From assembly GCA_902627575.1 (NCBI GenBank), contig CACOJQ010000002.1, positions 6,057 to 70,056 of the forward strand: a stretch of 64,000 bases of DNA, in the 5' to 3' direction. The number at the start of each line of letters is the position of its first letter. The first letter of the stretch is position 1. A model generated the notes under the pieces. The model worked only from the letters and a program-made list of their open reading frames with translations. It had not been told where the DNA came from and searched no databases. Positions 62,793 to 64,000 of this stretch are shown one piece after another. The translations under genes and the position numbers were made by a program. Origin of the DNA: an uncultured Bacteroidota bacterium (GTDB lineage: Bacteria; Bacteroidota; Bacteroidia; Flavobacteriales; BACL11).

Positions 62793-64000
62793 TAATATTT
62801 AACAATTTGATATGTAATATTTTCAGGTTTTACTTGTATAGTGTATGTTCCTGGAGAATATTTTTGTAAATCAATAATAGTTTGATCTTTATTGTTATCA
62901 ATTTTCTCTAACAACTTACCATTATGATCAAAAATATTTATTGAATGAATTTTATTGTCATTATATGTTAAATAGAAAATACCAGGAGACGGATTTGGAA
63001 ATAATTTAAAACTAAAATTATCTTCAGAAATAAATGAAGTTTGGCCTAAATCAATTGGAGGAAAAACAATATAATCTACCCATGCACAGTCTTCCCCTTC
63101 CTCTGTCCATCCGTCTTTATCATACTCCCATTCAAATTCATGTACGCCTACAGTAACAGGGTAAGAAGCAAAACTCCAAGAATTATCTATTCCAGACCAT
63201 TCTCCTTTTTTATTTCCATCAATATAAAATTGCAAAAAATCCCAATGTTGTTCAGAAGACACAAATTTCCAGAAAGAAATATCTCCGGGTGCAATTACAT
63301 TAACATTAATTTTTAGATTAGAGACAGCGTTATTTGGAAGAGCTCCTGATCTACAAGAATTATTACCTTCATAAACATTTACATTGTCTATTATCCAAGG
63401 ATAGTCAACATCATTGTCCCATGCATATTGAGTGAAGTCTCCTGTTTCATAATCCTCATTAATAACACCAATTACTTCGTTGAAAATTGCTGAATGTGAA
63501 TAAGAACTGTTACCAATATTAAAAGAAAATTCAGCTGGAGTTCCTACAGGAGTATTTGGAGCAATACTTATATTAAAACTAGTAGTCTGCTGTCCGTTAA
63601 TACTCATACCTGAAACATTATCACTTGAATTATTGAAATTAACATAATTAGTAAAACAACTCATATTAGCTGTAAGTATTGATAATGGATCGAAATCGGC
63701 ATGCCCTATATTTGTTACATCTACAATGAGATTAACTGTTTCACCAGCATCTAATTTACCATTTCCATTACCCAGAGTTACATCATCAATACTAAAAGAA
63801 ATATGATCAATTTGTGGAGCATTTACAGATATATTTTGTATTGTATTCCACGAGTTACCTAAATTATCTGTCATTTGCAAGTCAAAAACTACTTCATGTT
63901 GATCTGGAATTTGATTTGAAACCTGAAAAGTAAATGGATTATTTGTACTAACAATTTGTTGAGATGGTATTAAATTAATGATATCTGTTGCATTTATTAA
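62792..64000 (-). CDS. large secreted protein with a T9SS C-terminal sorting domain (N-terminus outside the window)
   Basis: My translation shows the frame stays open from 63880 to the window edge. T9SS tail FKLFPNPSPGIFYLTY...GTYTIQVKPENITYQIVKY, preceded by beta-sandwich modules (GNGKLDAGETVNLIVDVTNIG; a Trp-rich module, DFTQYAWDND...WEYDKDGWTEEGEDCAWVDYIVF). Confidence 0.8.
   Translation of the reverse strand, partial: LINATDIINLIPSQQIVSTNNPFTFQVSNQIPDQHEVVFDLQMTDNLGNSWNTIQNISVNAPQIDHISFSIDDVTLGNGNGKLDAGETVNLIVDVTNIGHADFDPLSILTANMSCFTNYVNFNNSSDNVSGMSINGQQTTSFNISIAPNTPVGTPAEFSFNIGNSSYSHSAIFNEVIGVINEDYETGDFTQYAWDNDVDYPWIIDNVNVYEGNNSCRSGALPNNAVSNLKINVNVIAPGDISFWKFVSSEQHWDFLQFYIDGNKKGEWSGIDNSWSFASYPVTVGVHEFEWEYDKDGWTEEGEDCAWVDYIVFPPIDLGQTSFISEDNFSFKLFPNPSPGIFYLTYNDNKIHSINIFDHNGKLLEKIDNNKDQTIIDLQKYSPGTYTIQVKPENITYQIVKY

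Noticed and set aside
1-64000. Search by eye for CRISPR arrays, IS elements, integrases, prophage, restriction-modification, toxin-antitoxin or other defence islands, and for tRNA/rRNA genes
   Set aside because: None were found. Every ORF over 100 aa on a plausible strand is assignable to a housekeeping or conserved Bacteroidota family. No spaced direct repeats or terminal inverted repeats were noticed, and no intergenic region apart from the rimO relic is long enough for an RNA gene or shows tRNA-like T-loop sequence. A covariance-model scan (tRNAscan/Infernal) would be the proper check.

Overview
Visibly AT-rich (GC not computed), extremely gene-dense chromosomal segment that reads as core genome of a Bacteroidota, Flavobacteriia-like bacterium. 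Supporting this: phylum-typical small families (DUF4295 after rpmG, DUF5683 after parB, DUF1573 beside yajC/nusB, PUR-like DUF3276), two proteins ending in T9SS C-terminal sorting domains, and conserved housekeeping blocks (dnaA; parA-parB-DUF5683-dapB-lepB-wbqC; thrS-infC-rpmI-rplT; mutL-rhomboid-rhomboid-EEP; nusB-DUF1573-yajC; uvrA, uvrB, recA, ffh, ftsY). I call about 60 protein-coding genes, 2 decayed genes, 2 intrinsic terminators, a few weak promoter-motif matches, one RNA stem-loop and two small tandem repeats. I found no rRNA, tRNA, CRISPR array, transposase or integrase, phage gene or recognisable defence, toxin or RM gene. I cannot point to a convincing novel multi-gene system here; the window looks like streamlined housekeeping DNA. 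The best leads are: (1) a tightly coupled rocD-DUF454-TonB receptor-T9SS-exported CGPC redoxin operon of unknown purpose; (2) a rimO relic filling the largest non-coding gap; (3) an LMW phosphotyrosine phosphatase next to dnaA broken by a frameshift in an A10 run, while other runs of 9 to 11 A stay in frame; (4) a single-ORF fusion of methylmalonyl-CoA mutase small-like and large subunits; (5) an endonuclease III homologue lacking the 4-Cys Fe-S motif; (6) convergent genes whose 3' ends overlap, including a csp terminator built from the uvrB lysine-codon tail. All functional calls rest on motif and family recognition by eye, not on database searches.
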